Source: Coriobacteriia bacterium (GTDB taxonomy: Bacteria; Actinomycetota; Coriobacteriia; Coriobacteriales; QAMH01). From it: 64,000 bases of DNA. The notes under the pieces were generated by a model. The model did not search any database. It was not told where the DNA came from and saw nothing but the letters and a program-made list of their open reading frames with translations. The stretch is from positions 497,053-561,052 of the forward strand of contig QAMH01000006.1 of assembly GCA_003149935.1 (NCBI GenBank), in the 5' to 3' direction. The translations under genes and the position numbers were made by a program. Positions 56,243 through 64,000 of the stretch are shown one piece after another; position 1 is the first letter of the stretch, and every line of letters begins with the position of its first letter.

Positions 56243-56974
56243 TCAGTCAGAATCGGAACGAATGGTATCTGCGTACGCTCGTTCCTCGTCCGTGAGCTTG
56301 GCGGCATCGAGCATGTCGGGGCGCAGCAGAGCCGTCCTCTCGATGGCGGCACGTCGGCGCCATGCCGCAATCGCCCCGTGATTGCCCGAGAGCAACACCT
56401 CGGGCACCTCCATATCCCGATAGACAGCGGGTCGCGTATACTGCGGAAACTCGAGAAGGTTGTCGGCAAAGGACTCCTCGACGGCGCTGTTCTCATCTCC
56501 CAACGCACCGGGAAGCAAACGGCACACCGCATCGGTAACGACCATGGCAGCAAGCTCGCCGCCCGTCAAAACGTAATCACCGAGGCTGATGCAGCGATCC
56601 GCAAGCGTATAGGCACGCTCGTCGATACCCTCGTAACGCCCGCATACCATGAGCAGGCGCTCATAGCCCGCAAGCTCGGCGGCCATATCCTGGTTGAAGG
56701 GACGGCCCGTAGGCGTGAAGAAGATGACGTGAGGCTTGGGGCCCGTCGAGCAGATGCTCTCGATGGCTTCGAAAATGGGTGGGCAGCACATGAGCAGTCC
56801 GGCCCCTCCCCCGTAAATCTCGTCATCGGTCGTGCGGTGCCTGTCATGAGTCCAATCACGTAGGTCATAGGCGTGAAAGTCGAGTATGCCCTTTTTGCGG
56901 GCGCGGCCAAGTATGGAGCTTGACATGACCCCTTCGAACATCTCGGGGAAAACGGAGAGCGTCTCGACAATCAT
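56243..56974 (-). CDS. trmD: tRNA (guanine37-N1)-methyltransferase
   Basis: Conserved TrmD sequence (VFPEMFEGV, YGGGAGLLM, CGRYEGIDER). Confidence 0.96.
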   Translation of the reverse strand: MIVETLSVFPEMFEGVMSSSILGRARKKGILDFHAYDLRDWTHDRHRTTDDEIYGGGAGLLMCCPPIFEAIESICSTGPKPHVIFFTPTGRPFNQDMAAELAGYERLLMVCGRYEGIDERAYTLADRCISLGDYVLTGGELAAMVVTDAVCRLLPGALGDENSAVEESFADNLLEFPQYTRPAVYRDMEVPEVLLSGNHGAIAAWRRRAAIERTALLRPDMLDAAKLTDEERAYADTIRSDSD

Positions 56975-57486
56975 GACTCGATCAAACCGTCCATGACGCG
57001 CGTACGAATGGCCTCGTCCGCAGCTTCGGGATACGAGACGATGACCTCGTCCACGACCGGGACGAGCACCTCCCCATACGGACCGTCAATGACCCACACG
57101 TCATGGGCGGCTGTCTCGATGACCTCACGTATTTCGCCAAGCTCGCCATGACGCTCGTCAACGACCGTGCGTCCAATCTCGAGCAGGGGATTATCGAGGC
57201 CTTCGAGATTGCGCACGTCAGCCAGAAGAAAGCGTCCGGCAATCTGCTCGGCGGCATCGATCGTGTCAATGCCCTCGAAGCGCAGCTGGTAGGTATTGCC
57301 CGCACCTTCGCTCACCGATATGACATCAAGCTCGCGCGGGCCCTGCAACGTGGGCGGGACGACGTGAACGTGCAAGCCCTCATAGACGGAAAAGGGAAGG
57401 TTGCCGGCCGTCGTGGCCGTAACCTCCCCCTCAAGCCCGCGTGCCTTACCGACACGGGCAACAAGTTCGTATTCTGTACGAGACAT
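56971..57486 (-). CDS. rimM: 16S rRNA processing protein RimM
   Basis: VARVGKARGLEGEV N-terminal motif and a PRC-barrel C-terminus. Start at ATG 57486; the upstream part of the track ORF overlaps the KH gene. Confidence 0.9.
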   Translation of the reverse strand: MSRTEYELVARVGKARGLEGEVTATTAGNLPFSVYEGLHVHVVPPTLQGPRELDVISVSEGAGNTYQLRFEGIDTIDAAEQIAGRFLLADVRNLEGLDNPLLEIGRTVVDERHGELGEIREVIETAAHDVWVIDGPYGEVLVPVVDEVIVSYPEAADEAIRTRVMDGLIES

Positions 57487-57493
57487 ACAGCTG

Positions 57494-57748
57494 CTACTCG
57501 GCGAGCTCGACCTCGACACGGAAACCGTCTTGCGAGGCAGCAGCGCGAGCAAGCGTGCGAATCGCCTTGATGATACGGCCCTGACGACCGATGATCTTGC
57601 CGATATCGCTCTCGTCGACCTCGATCTCGATGAACAGCTCGCCGTTTTCCTGGTCGGTACCGGTAACGGTCGCCGCCTCGGGATTCTCGACAATCTGCTC
57701 GACGAGCGTACGGACGAGCTGCGTGACGTCTTCGAACGACTCGACCAT
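57494..57748 (-). CDS. KH-domain RNA-binding protein (YlqC / UPF0109)
   Basis: 84 aa with GKIIGRQGRIIKAIR (GxxG KH motif), between rpsP and rimM. Confidence 0.85.
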   Translation of the reverse strand: MVESFEDVTQLVRTLVEQIVENPEAATVTGTDQENGELFIEIEVDESDIGKIIGRQGRIIKAIRTLARAAASQDGFRVEVELAE

Positions 57749-57751
57749 GGC

Positions 57752-58168
57752 CTACTCTTCTCCGGCCTCTTCGGACTCGCCCTCTTCGGCCTCGGCCTCA
57801 GCTGCAGCGGCGGCTTCCTCGGCTGCCTTGCGAGCTGCCTCCTCGGCGGCCTTCTTGGCGGCTTCCTCGGCGGCGATGCGATTGGCCTCGGTCTTGTTGG
57901 CGATACGCTGAGCGAGCTTCTCGGGCAGCGGCTCGTTCTTCACGCTCGCGATGATCTTGGCAACGCGGTCGGACGGCTGAGCGCCCTTGGCAATCCACTC
58001 ATCGACCTTGGCGACATCGAGATCGATGATCGAAGGATCCCCCGCGGGGTCGTAGGTGCCGACCTGCTCGATGATACGACCGTCGCGCTTCTTGCGCTGA
58101 TCGGCGACCACGATGCGATAGAACGGGGCTTTGTGGGCACCATGACGTGCCAGACGGATGACTACCAA
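57752..58168 (-). CDS. rpsP: 30S ribosomal protein S16 with an Ala/Glu/Lys-rich C-terminal extension
   Basis: [41 protein letters not shown] is canonical S16. It is followed by the tail [40 protein letters not shown]. Confidence 0.95.
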   Translation of the reverse strand: MVVIRLARHGAHKAPFYRIVVADQRKKRDGRIIEQVGTYDPAGDPSIIDLDVAKVDEWIAKGAQPSDRVAKIIASVKNEPLPEKLAQRIANKTEANRIAAEEAAKKAAEEAARKAAEEAAAAAEAEAEEGESEEAGEE

Positions 58169-58252
58169 AACTTCTCCTTCAATCTATCGCCTGCACCCAT
58201 TGCAGGCGTGAAATTGAGACCTGGCGCGATGACGGGTCGCGCACGAACCGAC

Positions 58253-58280
58253 ATTGTAACGCAAACTTCACGCGATGGAA
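58253..58280 (-). promoter_or_regulatory. candidate promoter of the rpsP operon
   Basis: On the minus strand, TTCCAT, 16 nt, TACAAT. The resulting leader contains hairpins GCGCGA-cccgtca-TCGCGC and CGCCTGCA-atggg-TGCAGGCG. Sequence match only. Confidence 0.3.
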
Positions 58281-58290
58281 TAGGTTTTTT

Positions 58291-60027
58291 CTACATCGAG
58301 GTGGTCACGGGCTCGAGAGCGGCAAGCGCATCGTGCACCGTGCGTATGATGTGCGAGACGGCCTCGCTCGTATCGAGCTCGACCTTCTCGCCCGTCGCGC
58401 GGTCCTTGAACTCCACGATATCGTTTTGCGCACCACGTTTGCCAATGATCAGCTGATATGGCCAGCCGATAAGGTCGGCATCGGCGAACTTGACGCCGGC
58501 GCGCTCGTCACGGTCGTCAAGGGCGACCTCGATGCCCGCGGCCTCGAGTTCGTCGGCGAGCTTGGACGCAAGGGGCTCGACGAGGTCATCGCCCATCTGG
58601 AGGGGAATGACGCATACCTGCGCAGGCGCGATGCTCACGGGCCAATACATGCCGTTCTCGTCGTTGCGCTGCTCGACGACAGCCGCCATCGAGCGTGTCA
58701 CGCCAATGCCATAGCAGCCCATGACGTAGGGTTTCTCGACACCATCGGCATCCATGTACGTGGCGTTCATGGCCTCGGAGTACTTCGTGCCAAGTTTGAA
58801 GACCTGGCTCACCTCGATGCCACGCGAACCCGAGAGGACTTTGCCACAGACAGGACACAGGTCGCCCGGCTCGGCGAGCACGAGATCGATCCACGCATCC
58901 GGCGTGAAGTCACGACCGGGCTCGGCACCCAGGAAGTGGTAGCCATCCTCGTTGGCACCGACGGCCCAGGCATGCGTGCCTTCGAGCGCGGCATCGCAGA
59001 TGCAGACAACGCCTTCCGGCAAATCGACGGGACCCATCGAGCCCTTGTGCAAGCCCGCTTCGAGCATCTCCTCGTCCGTGAGCAGACGCCAGCCCTCGAT
59101 GGCCTTCTCGGCCTTGATGTCGTTGAGCTCGTGGTCACCGGGGATGAACAGGGCATAGATCTTGCCGTCGGCACCGGTGCCCGATAGGGCCTTGACGGTC
59201 GCGTTCTCGGGCACGTCGAGGAAGCCCGCAAGATCGCCGATGGTATGCACGCCTGGCGTCTCGATCTTCTCGAGTGCGCGCTCCTCGCCGAGCGCCATCG
59301 TCACGCCCACGTTTGCCGCCTCGGCGTCTGCCGCGAATCCGCAGGTGCAATGCACGAGGTCGGACTCGCCGGCATCGGCCAGCGCCATGAATTCGCAGGT
59401 CTCCGAGCCGCCGATCTGGCCAGAATCGGCCTCGACCATGCGATACTCGAGGCCGAGCCGCTCGCAGACACGCGCGTAGGCGACCTCCATATCGCGATAG
59501 CTCTCGTCAAGCGATTCTTCGTCGGCGTTGAAGCTGTACGCGTCCTTCATCACGAACTCGCGCGTCCTGAACAGGCCGAAGCGCGGACGCATCTCGTCGC
59601 GGAACTTCACCTGCATCTGCCACAGCGTGCAAGGAAGGTCCTTGTAGCTACGCAGCTCGTCGCGCACGAGGTCGGTGATGAGCTCCTCGTGGGTGGGGCC
59701 CAGACACAGTTCGCGCTCGTGGCGGTCGGTAACGCGCATGAGCTCGGGACCGTAATCATCCCAGCGCCCCGACTCGTGCCAGAGCTCGGCAGGCTGCAAG
59801 ATGGGCATGAGGATCTCCTGGGCGCCGGTCGCGTTCATCTCCTCGCGCACGATGTCCTGCACCTTGTTGAGCACGGTCATTCCTAGTGGCAAGAAGGTGT
59901 AGGTGCCCGATCCCATCTGACGAATCATGCCCGCGCGGAGCAGCAGCTTGTGGCTTGCGATATCCGCTCCGGCAGGATCTTCCTTCAATGTCGGACAATA
60001 GGTCTTGCTCATACGCATGATGCTCAT
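58291..60027 (-). CDS. proS: proline--tRNA ligase (bacterial type with INS editing domain)
   Basis: N-terminus MRMSKTYCPTLKEDPAGADIASHKLLLRAGMIRQ and class II motifs, 578 aa. ATG 60027 has GAGGG 6 nt upstream; ATG 60018 or 60012 are possible alternatives. Confidence 0.96.
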   Translation of the reverse strand: MSIMRMSKTYCPTLKEDPAGADIASHKLLLRAGMIRQMGSGTYTFLPLGMTVLNKVQDIVREEMNATGAQEILMPILQPAELWHESGRWDDYGPELMRVTDRHERELCLGPTHEELITDLVRDELRSYKDLPCTLWQMQVKFRDEMRPRFGLFRTREFVMKDAYSFNADEESLDESYRDMEVAYARVCERLGLEYRMVEADSGQIGGSETCEFMALADAGESDLVHCTCGFAADAEAANVGVTMALGEERALEKIETPGVHTIGDLAGFLDVPENATVKALSGTGADGKIYALFIPGDHELNDIKAEKAIEGWRLLTDEEMLEAGLHKGSMGPVDLPEGVVCICDAALEGTHAWAVGANEDGYHFLGAEPGRDFTPDAWIDLVLAEPGDLCPVCGKVLSGSRGIEVSQVFKLGTKYSEAMNATYMDADGVEKPYVMGCYGIGVTRSMAAVVEQRNDENGMYWPVSIAPAQVCVIPLQMGDDLVEPLASKLADELEAAGIEVALDDRDERAGVKFADADLIGWPYQLIIGKRGAQNDIVEFKDRATGEKVELDTSEAVSHIIRTVHDALAALEPVTTSM

Positions 60028-60114
60028 GTTGTACCCTCGCTTGCGCTCGTGCTCGAAACATATGTCGCACATGGTACCACGTAGGCACAACTGCAATGAA
60101 AGCCATATCCACGC

Positions 60115-60143
60115 AAAAGGGGCAGATGCAATGCATCTGCCCC
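60115..60143 (-). terminator. intrinsic terminator after the 56-aa ORF
   Basis: GGGGCAGATGCA / TGCATCTGCCCC, perfect 12-bp arms, followed on the minus strand by TTTT. Confidence 0.8.
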
Positions 60144-60209
60144 TCTCCCACGGCTTCGATGCCGAATCCAGACCTTCGGCGCAGGAATCCGTTTGCCTTC
60201 GAAACGCGC

Positions 60210-60380
60210 TTATCGCTCCTCGTTGCCCACGAAAGCACCGCGCACGGAGCAAGCCAGTGCACCGTCACGGTAGTTGTCCTCGGAGAAGGTGCTCTGAATC
60301 TTGCCGTCCTGAGCGATGTAGGAAACCATTTCCTCGACGGTCATCTTGGTGTAGTCGCGGTAGGTGTGATTGCAAGCCAT
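60210..60380 (-). CDS. hypothetical 56-aa protein (stand-alone small gene)
   Basis: ATG 60380 is preceded by AAAGGAG at 6-nt spacing. Sequence: MACNHTYRDYTKMTVEEMVSYIAQDGKIQSTFSEDNYRDGALACSVRGAFVGNEER. It has its own terminator (60115-60143) and an AT-rich upstream region. No family recognised. Confidence 0.55.
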   Translation of the reverse strand: MACNHTYRDYTKMTVEEMVSYIAQDGKIQSTFSEDNYRDGALACSVRGAFVGNEER

Positions 60381-60445
60381 TACGTACTCCTTTACTTGGC
60401 ATCCAATAAAAGCAGGCACACCTTAACAGCAACGAGAGCGGTTAT

Positions 60446-60465
60446 TTATTCTGATTTTAGAATAA
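60446..60465. promoter_or_regulatory. AT-rich perfect inverted repeat upstream of the 56-aa ORF (candidate operator)
   Basis: TTATTCT-gatttt-AGAATAA inside the only strongly AT-rich patch of this spacer, about 65-85 nt upstream of the ORF start. Confidence 0.3.
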
Positions 60466-60644
60466 AGATTTGAGCCTTGGGCGGAGTCACGAACATCGTA
60501 CCCGCTCAACGGCGTCATGATGCCGCTGTTGCCGCAAACGGACACCCCGTGCAAATACGGCACGGCCGCCAACGGCAAAACGCACGACCGAGACAGAGAG
60601 GCGATCACTGCAACGAGACCAAGCCAGGCACCGCAAAGCACGAA

Positions 60645-60676
60645 GACGCCCCGGAGCAATATGAGTCCGGGGCGTC
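60645..60676 (-). terminator. hairpin downstream of aspS
   Basis: GACGCCCCGGA-ctcatattgc-TCCGGGGCGTC (minus-strand reading), 20 nt after the aspS stop. The following tract (TTCGTGCTTTG) is only weakly T-rich. Confidence 0.55.
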
Positions 60677-60696
60677 CTCGATGTGAAAGCGAAAAA

Positions 60697-62484
60697 CTAG
60701 AGATTGATGCTGATGTTGGCTTCCTTGAGCTGGCGACGGCTCACCTCGCCGGGTGCGCCCGTCATCGGATCGGCACCCGAACTCGTCTTGGGGAAGGCGA
60801 TGACATCGCGGATGGACGCATAGCCGCCGATGAGCATGACCAGACGGTCCAGGCCGAGCGCGATGCCGCCATGAGGCGGTGCGCCAAAGCCGAGTGCGGT
60901 GATGAGGAAGCCGAACTGCTCGTCGATCTGCTCGTCGGTCATGCCGATCTGACGCAGAATGCGGCGTTGCAGCTCGGGCTGGTGGATACGAATGGTACCG
61001 CCACCCATCTCGAAGCCGTCCATGACGATGTCGTAGGAGTAGCTGCCGCAGGCAAGCGGATCGCTCTCGATCTTGTCGAGGTCCTCGTCGCGCACGCGCG
61101 TGAACGGATGGTGCTCGGCGGCATAGCGCTTCTCGTCCTCGTCGTAGCGGAACATCGGGAAGTTCACGACCCAGCACAGGTCATGCGTGCCTGGCTCGAT
61201 GAGGTTCATGGCATGTGCCATGTGCAGGCGCATGTTGCCCAGGACCTCGTTGACGACGGTCGCGCTGTCGGCACCGAGCATGACGAGGTCGCCCGGCTCG
61301 ACGTCGAGCGCCGTCTTGATCGCCTCGATTTCATCGTCGCTGAAGAACTTGGTGATGGGGCTATTGACCTTGCCCTCGCTGCGGAACTGGATCCAGGCCA
61401 TACCCTTGGCACCCCACTCGAGCGCCAGGTCGCCCAGCTTGTCGATTTGTGCACGCGGCCAATCGCCCGCACCCTTGGCGTTGATGGCCTTGACGACGCC
61501 GCCATTGGCAAGCGCGCCGGAGAAGACCTTGAAGCCGCAGTCCTTGACGATATCGGAGATATCGATGAGCTCCATGCCAAAACGGCGGTCCGGGCGGTCG
61601 GTGCCATAGCGGGCCATGGCCTCGGCGTAGGGCACGCGGTCGAGCGGGAAGCTCACGTCGTCGATGCCGACGGCCTTGAAGACCTCGGCGAGCACGTCTT
61701 CCATCATGTTCATGACGTCGTCTTCGGTGACGAAGGACATCTCGATGTCGACCTGCGTGAACTCGGGCTGACGATCGGCGCGCAGGTCCTCGTCGCGGAA
61801 GCAACGCGCGACCTGGTAATAGCGCTCGATGCCGCCAATCTGCGTGAGCTGCTTGAAGAGCTGCGGCGATTGCGGAAGCGCGTAGAAGTGACCGGGATTG
61901 GTGCGGGACGGCACGATGAAGTCGCGGGCGCCCTCGGGGGTGGACTTGCCCAGAATGGGGGTCTCGACCTCGATGAAGAGGCGCTCGTGCAGGGCATTGC
62001 GAATCGACCAGGTGACGGTGTCGCGCAGACGCAAGGCATCGGCCACGGGCGTACGGCGCATGTCGAGATAGCGCCACTTCATGCGCGTGAGCTCGTCGGT
62101 GTCGATATCGTCATCAAGCGGGAAGGGTGGTGTGGCGGACTCGTTGAGGATCGTGCACTCGTTCACGACCACGTCGATCTCGCCCGTGGGCAGGTCGGGG
62201 TTGGCGGTGTCTTCGGGACGCTCGCGCACGAAGCCGGTAACCTCGATGGCCCACTCGGGACGCATCCTCTCGCCCAGCTCGAAGCAATCCTTGGCGGTAT
62301 CGGGATCGAAGACGACCTGCGTAATGCCCGTGCGATCGCGCAAATCGACGAAGATGAGGCCGCCGTGGTCACGCCTGCGGGCGACCCAGCCGGTAAGCGT
62401 CACCGTCTGGCCGATGTCCTTGCGGCGCAGCTCGCCGCAGGTGTGCGTGTGCATGGAGTACTCGTTTGCAAAATCCTCAGGCAC
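60697..62484 (-). CDS. aspS: aspartate--tRNA ligase
   Basis: HTHTCGELR, FVDLRDRTGITQVV, class II motif 3 (GGIALGLDRLVMLI) and a GAD insertion domain. GTG 62484 has GAAGGAGGG 6 nt upstream; ATG 62454 is the alternative. Confidence 0.96.
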   Translation of the reverse strand: MPEDFANEYSMHTHTCGELRRKDIGQTVTLTGWVARRRDHGGLIFVDLRDRTGITQVVFDPDTAKDCFELGERMRPEWAIEVTGFVRERPEDTANPDLPTGEIDVVVNECTILNESATPPFPLDDDIDTDELTRMKWRYLDMRRTPVADALRLRDTVTWSIRNALHERLFIEVETPILGKSTPEGARDFIVPSRTNPGHFYALPQSPQLFKQLTQIGGIERYYQVARCFRDEDLRADRQPEFTQVDIEMSFVTEDDVMNMMEDVLAEVFKAVGIDDVSFPLDRVPYAEAMARYGTDRPDRRFGMELIDISDIVKDCGFKVFSGALANGGVVKAINAKGAGDWPRAQIDKLGDLALEWGAKGMAWIQFRSEGKVNSPITKFFSDDEIEAIKTALDVEPGDLVMLGADSATVVNEVLGNMRLHMAHAMNLIEPGTHDLCWVVNFPMFRYDEDEKRYAAEHHPFTRVRDEDLDKIESDPLACGSYSYDIVMDGFEMGGGTIRIHQPELQRRILRQIGMTDEQIDEQFGFLITALGFGAPPHGGIALGLDRLVMLIGGYASIRDVIAFPKTSSGADPMTGAPGEVSRRQLKEANISINL

Positions 62485-62607
62485 TGTATGCCCTCCTTCA
62501 TCATGCGATCCGCCATAGACAGTGGAGGACCGCGTCCTTCTTACTCATAAATTAGCTATTATGAAACAAGCGACAACCCCGCGCGAGGGGCATTTCGCCA
62601 AGCGCAC

Positions 62608-63918
62608 CTAGAGCAAGCGCGCCATATCCTCGGCAATGGTATCGAGTGACACAGACGTCTCCTCGTGCGTGTTCATGTTGCGTGCCGTGCACGTACCGGA
62701 AGCCAGCTCATCGGGGCCGATGACAAGCACGTAAGCTGCCTGTGTCTTGCCGGCAACCTTGAATTGCGACTTGAGCGAGCGGCCCTGCATGTCCATCTGC
62801 GCGGCGATGCCCGCATCACGCAGCGCTTGCACGATGGCGAAAGCGTCCTCGGCAAGTGCGGCATCTGCGAGCGCGACGTAGACGAAGGGACGACTCTCGG
62901 GCGCAAGATCGATGCCGAGCTCCTCGAGTACGAGCAGGATGCGCTCGAAGCCAACGGCAAAGCCGAGGCCCGGCAAGTCCTTGCCCGAGATCTCGCCCAT
63001 GAGCTTGTCATAGTGACCACCGCCACCGATGGCAGTCTGCGTTCCCAGACCAGCCGTGACCTGCACCTCGAAGACGGTGCCCGTGTAATAATCGAAGCCA
63101 CGGACGAGACGGGGATCTTCCATGTACGAGATACCGGCGGCGTTCAAGCACGATTTGACCTGCTCGAAGCGATCGGAGCAGCTTTCGCACAGGTAGTCCG
63201 AAAAGCGCGGGGCATCGTCCATGACGCGCTTGCACGCCTCGTTCTTGCAGTCGAAGGAGCGCAGCGGATTGGCGTCGATACGGCGCTTGCACTCATCGCA
63301 GAGCTCTTCGGCGTGCTCGGCCTCGTAATCGCGTGCCGCCTGCGTGTAGGCCGGACGGCACGATTCGTCACCCATCGAGTTGATGAGCAGCGTCATCTGC
63401 TCGGCGGGTATGCCGAGCGCGGCGAAAAAGCGCATGCACATGATGATCATCTCGGCATCGGCAATTGGCTCGGTGGCGCCAAGGCACTCGACGCCCACCT
63501 GTCTGAACTCGCGATAGCGACCCTTCTGCGGGCGCTCGGCGCGAAACATGGGGCCTGCGTACCAGAGCTTTGCCGGAGCCGCACCTTGCGGCACGAGGGC
63601 GTGCTCGGCGATGGCGCGCACGACACCCGCCGTGCCCTCGGGGCGCAGCGAGAGGACCTGGTCGCTCTTGAGCGTGGTACCCTCGCGCATTGCCTGCATG
63701 GCCCCCATCGACCGTACCGAGAAGAGCTCCTTGCTGGCAACGTCACTCGTCTCTCCCACGCTGCGCGTGAAGAGCTCGGTGCTCTCGAAAACCGGCGTCT
63801 GGATGGGCTCGTAGCCATAAGCGGAAAACACCTCGTTCGCACGAGCGACGAACTCGAGCCACGCACCTGCGCGGTCGAAGATAAGATCCTGAGTGCCTTT
63901 CGGTGCCTTGTATCGCAT
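62608..63918 (-). CDS. hisS: histidine--tRNA ligase
   Basis: MRYKAPKGTQD N-terminus, class II motifs (LRPEGTAGVVRA, YAGPMFRAERPQKGRYREF) and a HisRS anticodon-binding domain. Confidence 0.96.
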   Translation of the reverse strand: MRYKAPKGTQDLIFDRAGAWLEFVARANEVFSAYGYEPIQTPVFESTELFTRSVGETSDVASKELFSVRSMGAMQAMREGTTLKSDQVLSLRPEGTAGVVRAIAEHALVPQGAAPAKLWYAGPMFRAERPQKGRYREFRQVGVECLGATEPIADAEMIIMCMRFFAALGIPAEQMTLLINSMGDESCRPAYTQAARDYEAEHAEELCDECKRRIDANPLRSFDCKNEACKRVMDDAPRFSDYLCESCSDRFEQVKSCLNAAGISYMEDPRLVRGFDYYTGTVFEVQVTAGLGTQTAIGGGGHYDKLMGEISGKDLPGLGFAVGFERILLVLEELGIDLAPESRPFVYVALADAALAEDAFAIVQALRDAGIAAQMDMQGRSLKSQFKVAGKTQAAYVLVIGPDELASGTCTARNMNTHEETSVSLDTIAEDMARLL

Positions 63919-64000
63919 TACTTGCCGTCCCTTTCATTCGTCTGGTCTCCGCTTGCGACAGGCTCGTCGCTCACGACGATGGCATCGACATCGATGGGCT
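63918..64000 (-). CDS. 3' end of an unidentified upstream gene (partial)
   Basis: The minus-strand frame is open from the window edge and ends ...PIDVDAIVVSDEPVASGDQTNERDGK-TAA. The TAA overlaps the hisS ATG (TAATG). Too short to assign, and an open frame of 27 codons in GC-rich DNA is weak evidence. Confidence 0.3.
   Translation of the reverse strand, partial: PIDVDAIVVSDEPVASGDQTNERDGK

Noticed and set aside
60381-60696. T-box or other riboswitch leader controlling the small ORF and proS
   Set aside because: I read the minus strand and found no T-box sequence (no AGGGUGGUACCGCG-like box), no specifier-loop architecture, and no terminator/antiterminator alternative. The strong terminator lies after the small ORF, not before a synthetase gene.

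Overview
This is a high-GC chromosomal core region, and nearly all genes are housekeeping genes on the minus strand. The tlyA-nadK-recN order and the Ala/Glu/Lys-rich tails on ribosomal proteins suggest an Actinomycetota, possibly Coriobacteriia-type, genome; this is inference only.

Gene order by coordinate:
- cdsA (partial), uppS, frr, pyrH, efp
- a plus-strand M24 Xaa-Pro peptidase
- aroQ, aroB, aroK, aroC, a DUF1385 gene, thyX
- a small AT-richer accessory islet at about 9.9-13.6 kb (hypothetical gene, XRE regulator, GNAT, HEAT-like gene, membrane-anchored XRE regulator, class III Fic)
- DMT transporter and AraC regulator
- rpmE, a polysaccharide deacetylase, rho, tal, rsmE-mtaB
- a complete F1Fo ATP synthase operon
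- dCMP deaminase, glyA, rpiB, tsaC, recN, nadK, tlyA, dxs, xseB, nusB, Asp23
- a biotin carboxylase plus a carboxyltransferase-BCCP fusion (two-subunit pyruvate carboxylase architecture)
- coaD, rsmD, recG, a DegV/DAK2 (FakB/FakA-type) pair, a second Asp23
- a short MGMT-domain gene, ppsA, ppsR, glyS, glyQ, lepB, trmD, rimM, a KH-domain gene, rpsP, proS
- an orphan 56-aa gene, aspS, hisS

I saw no rRNA, tRNA, CRISPR array, transposase, integrase or recognisable defence system.

The unexplained signal is mostly non-coding:
- Several unrelated families of intergenic palindromic repeats. One family brackets the peptidase gene.
- A conserved 65-nt core held inside long hairpins directly after two stop codons.
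- A 165-bp nested palindrome upstream of rpiB.
- A CTAG-rich array of four 25-bp repeats with 41-bp phasing next to an XRE regulator.

Coding oddities:
- mtaB has no canonical start codon and lies in frame with rsmE behind a single TAG.
- L31, S16 and Rho carry long low-complexity extensions.

I cannot demonstrate a novel multi-gene system here. The items above are the best candidates for follow-up.
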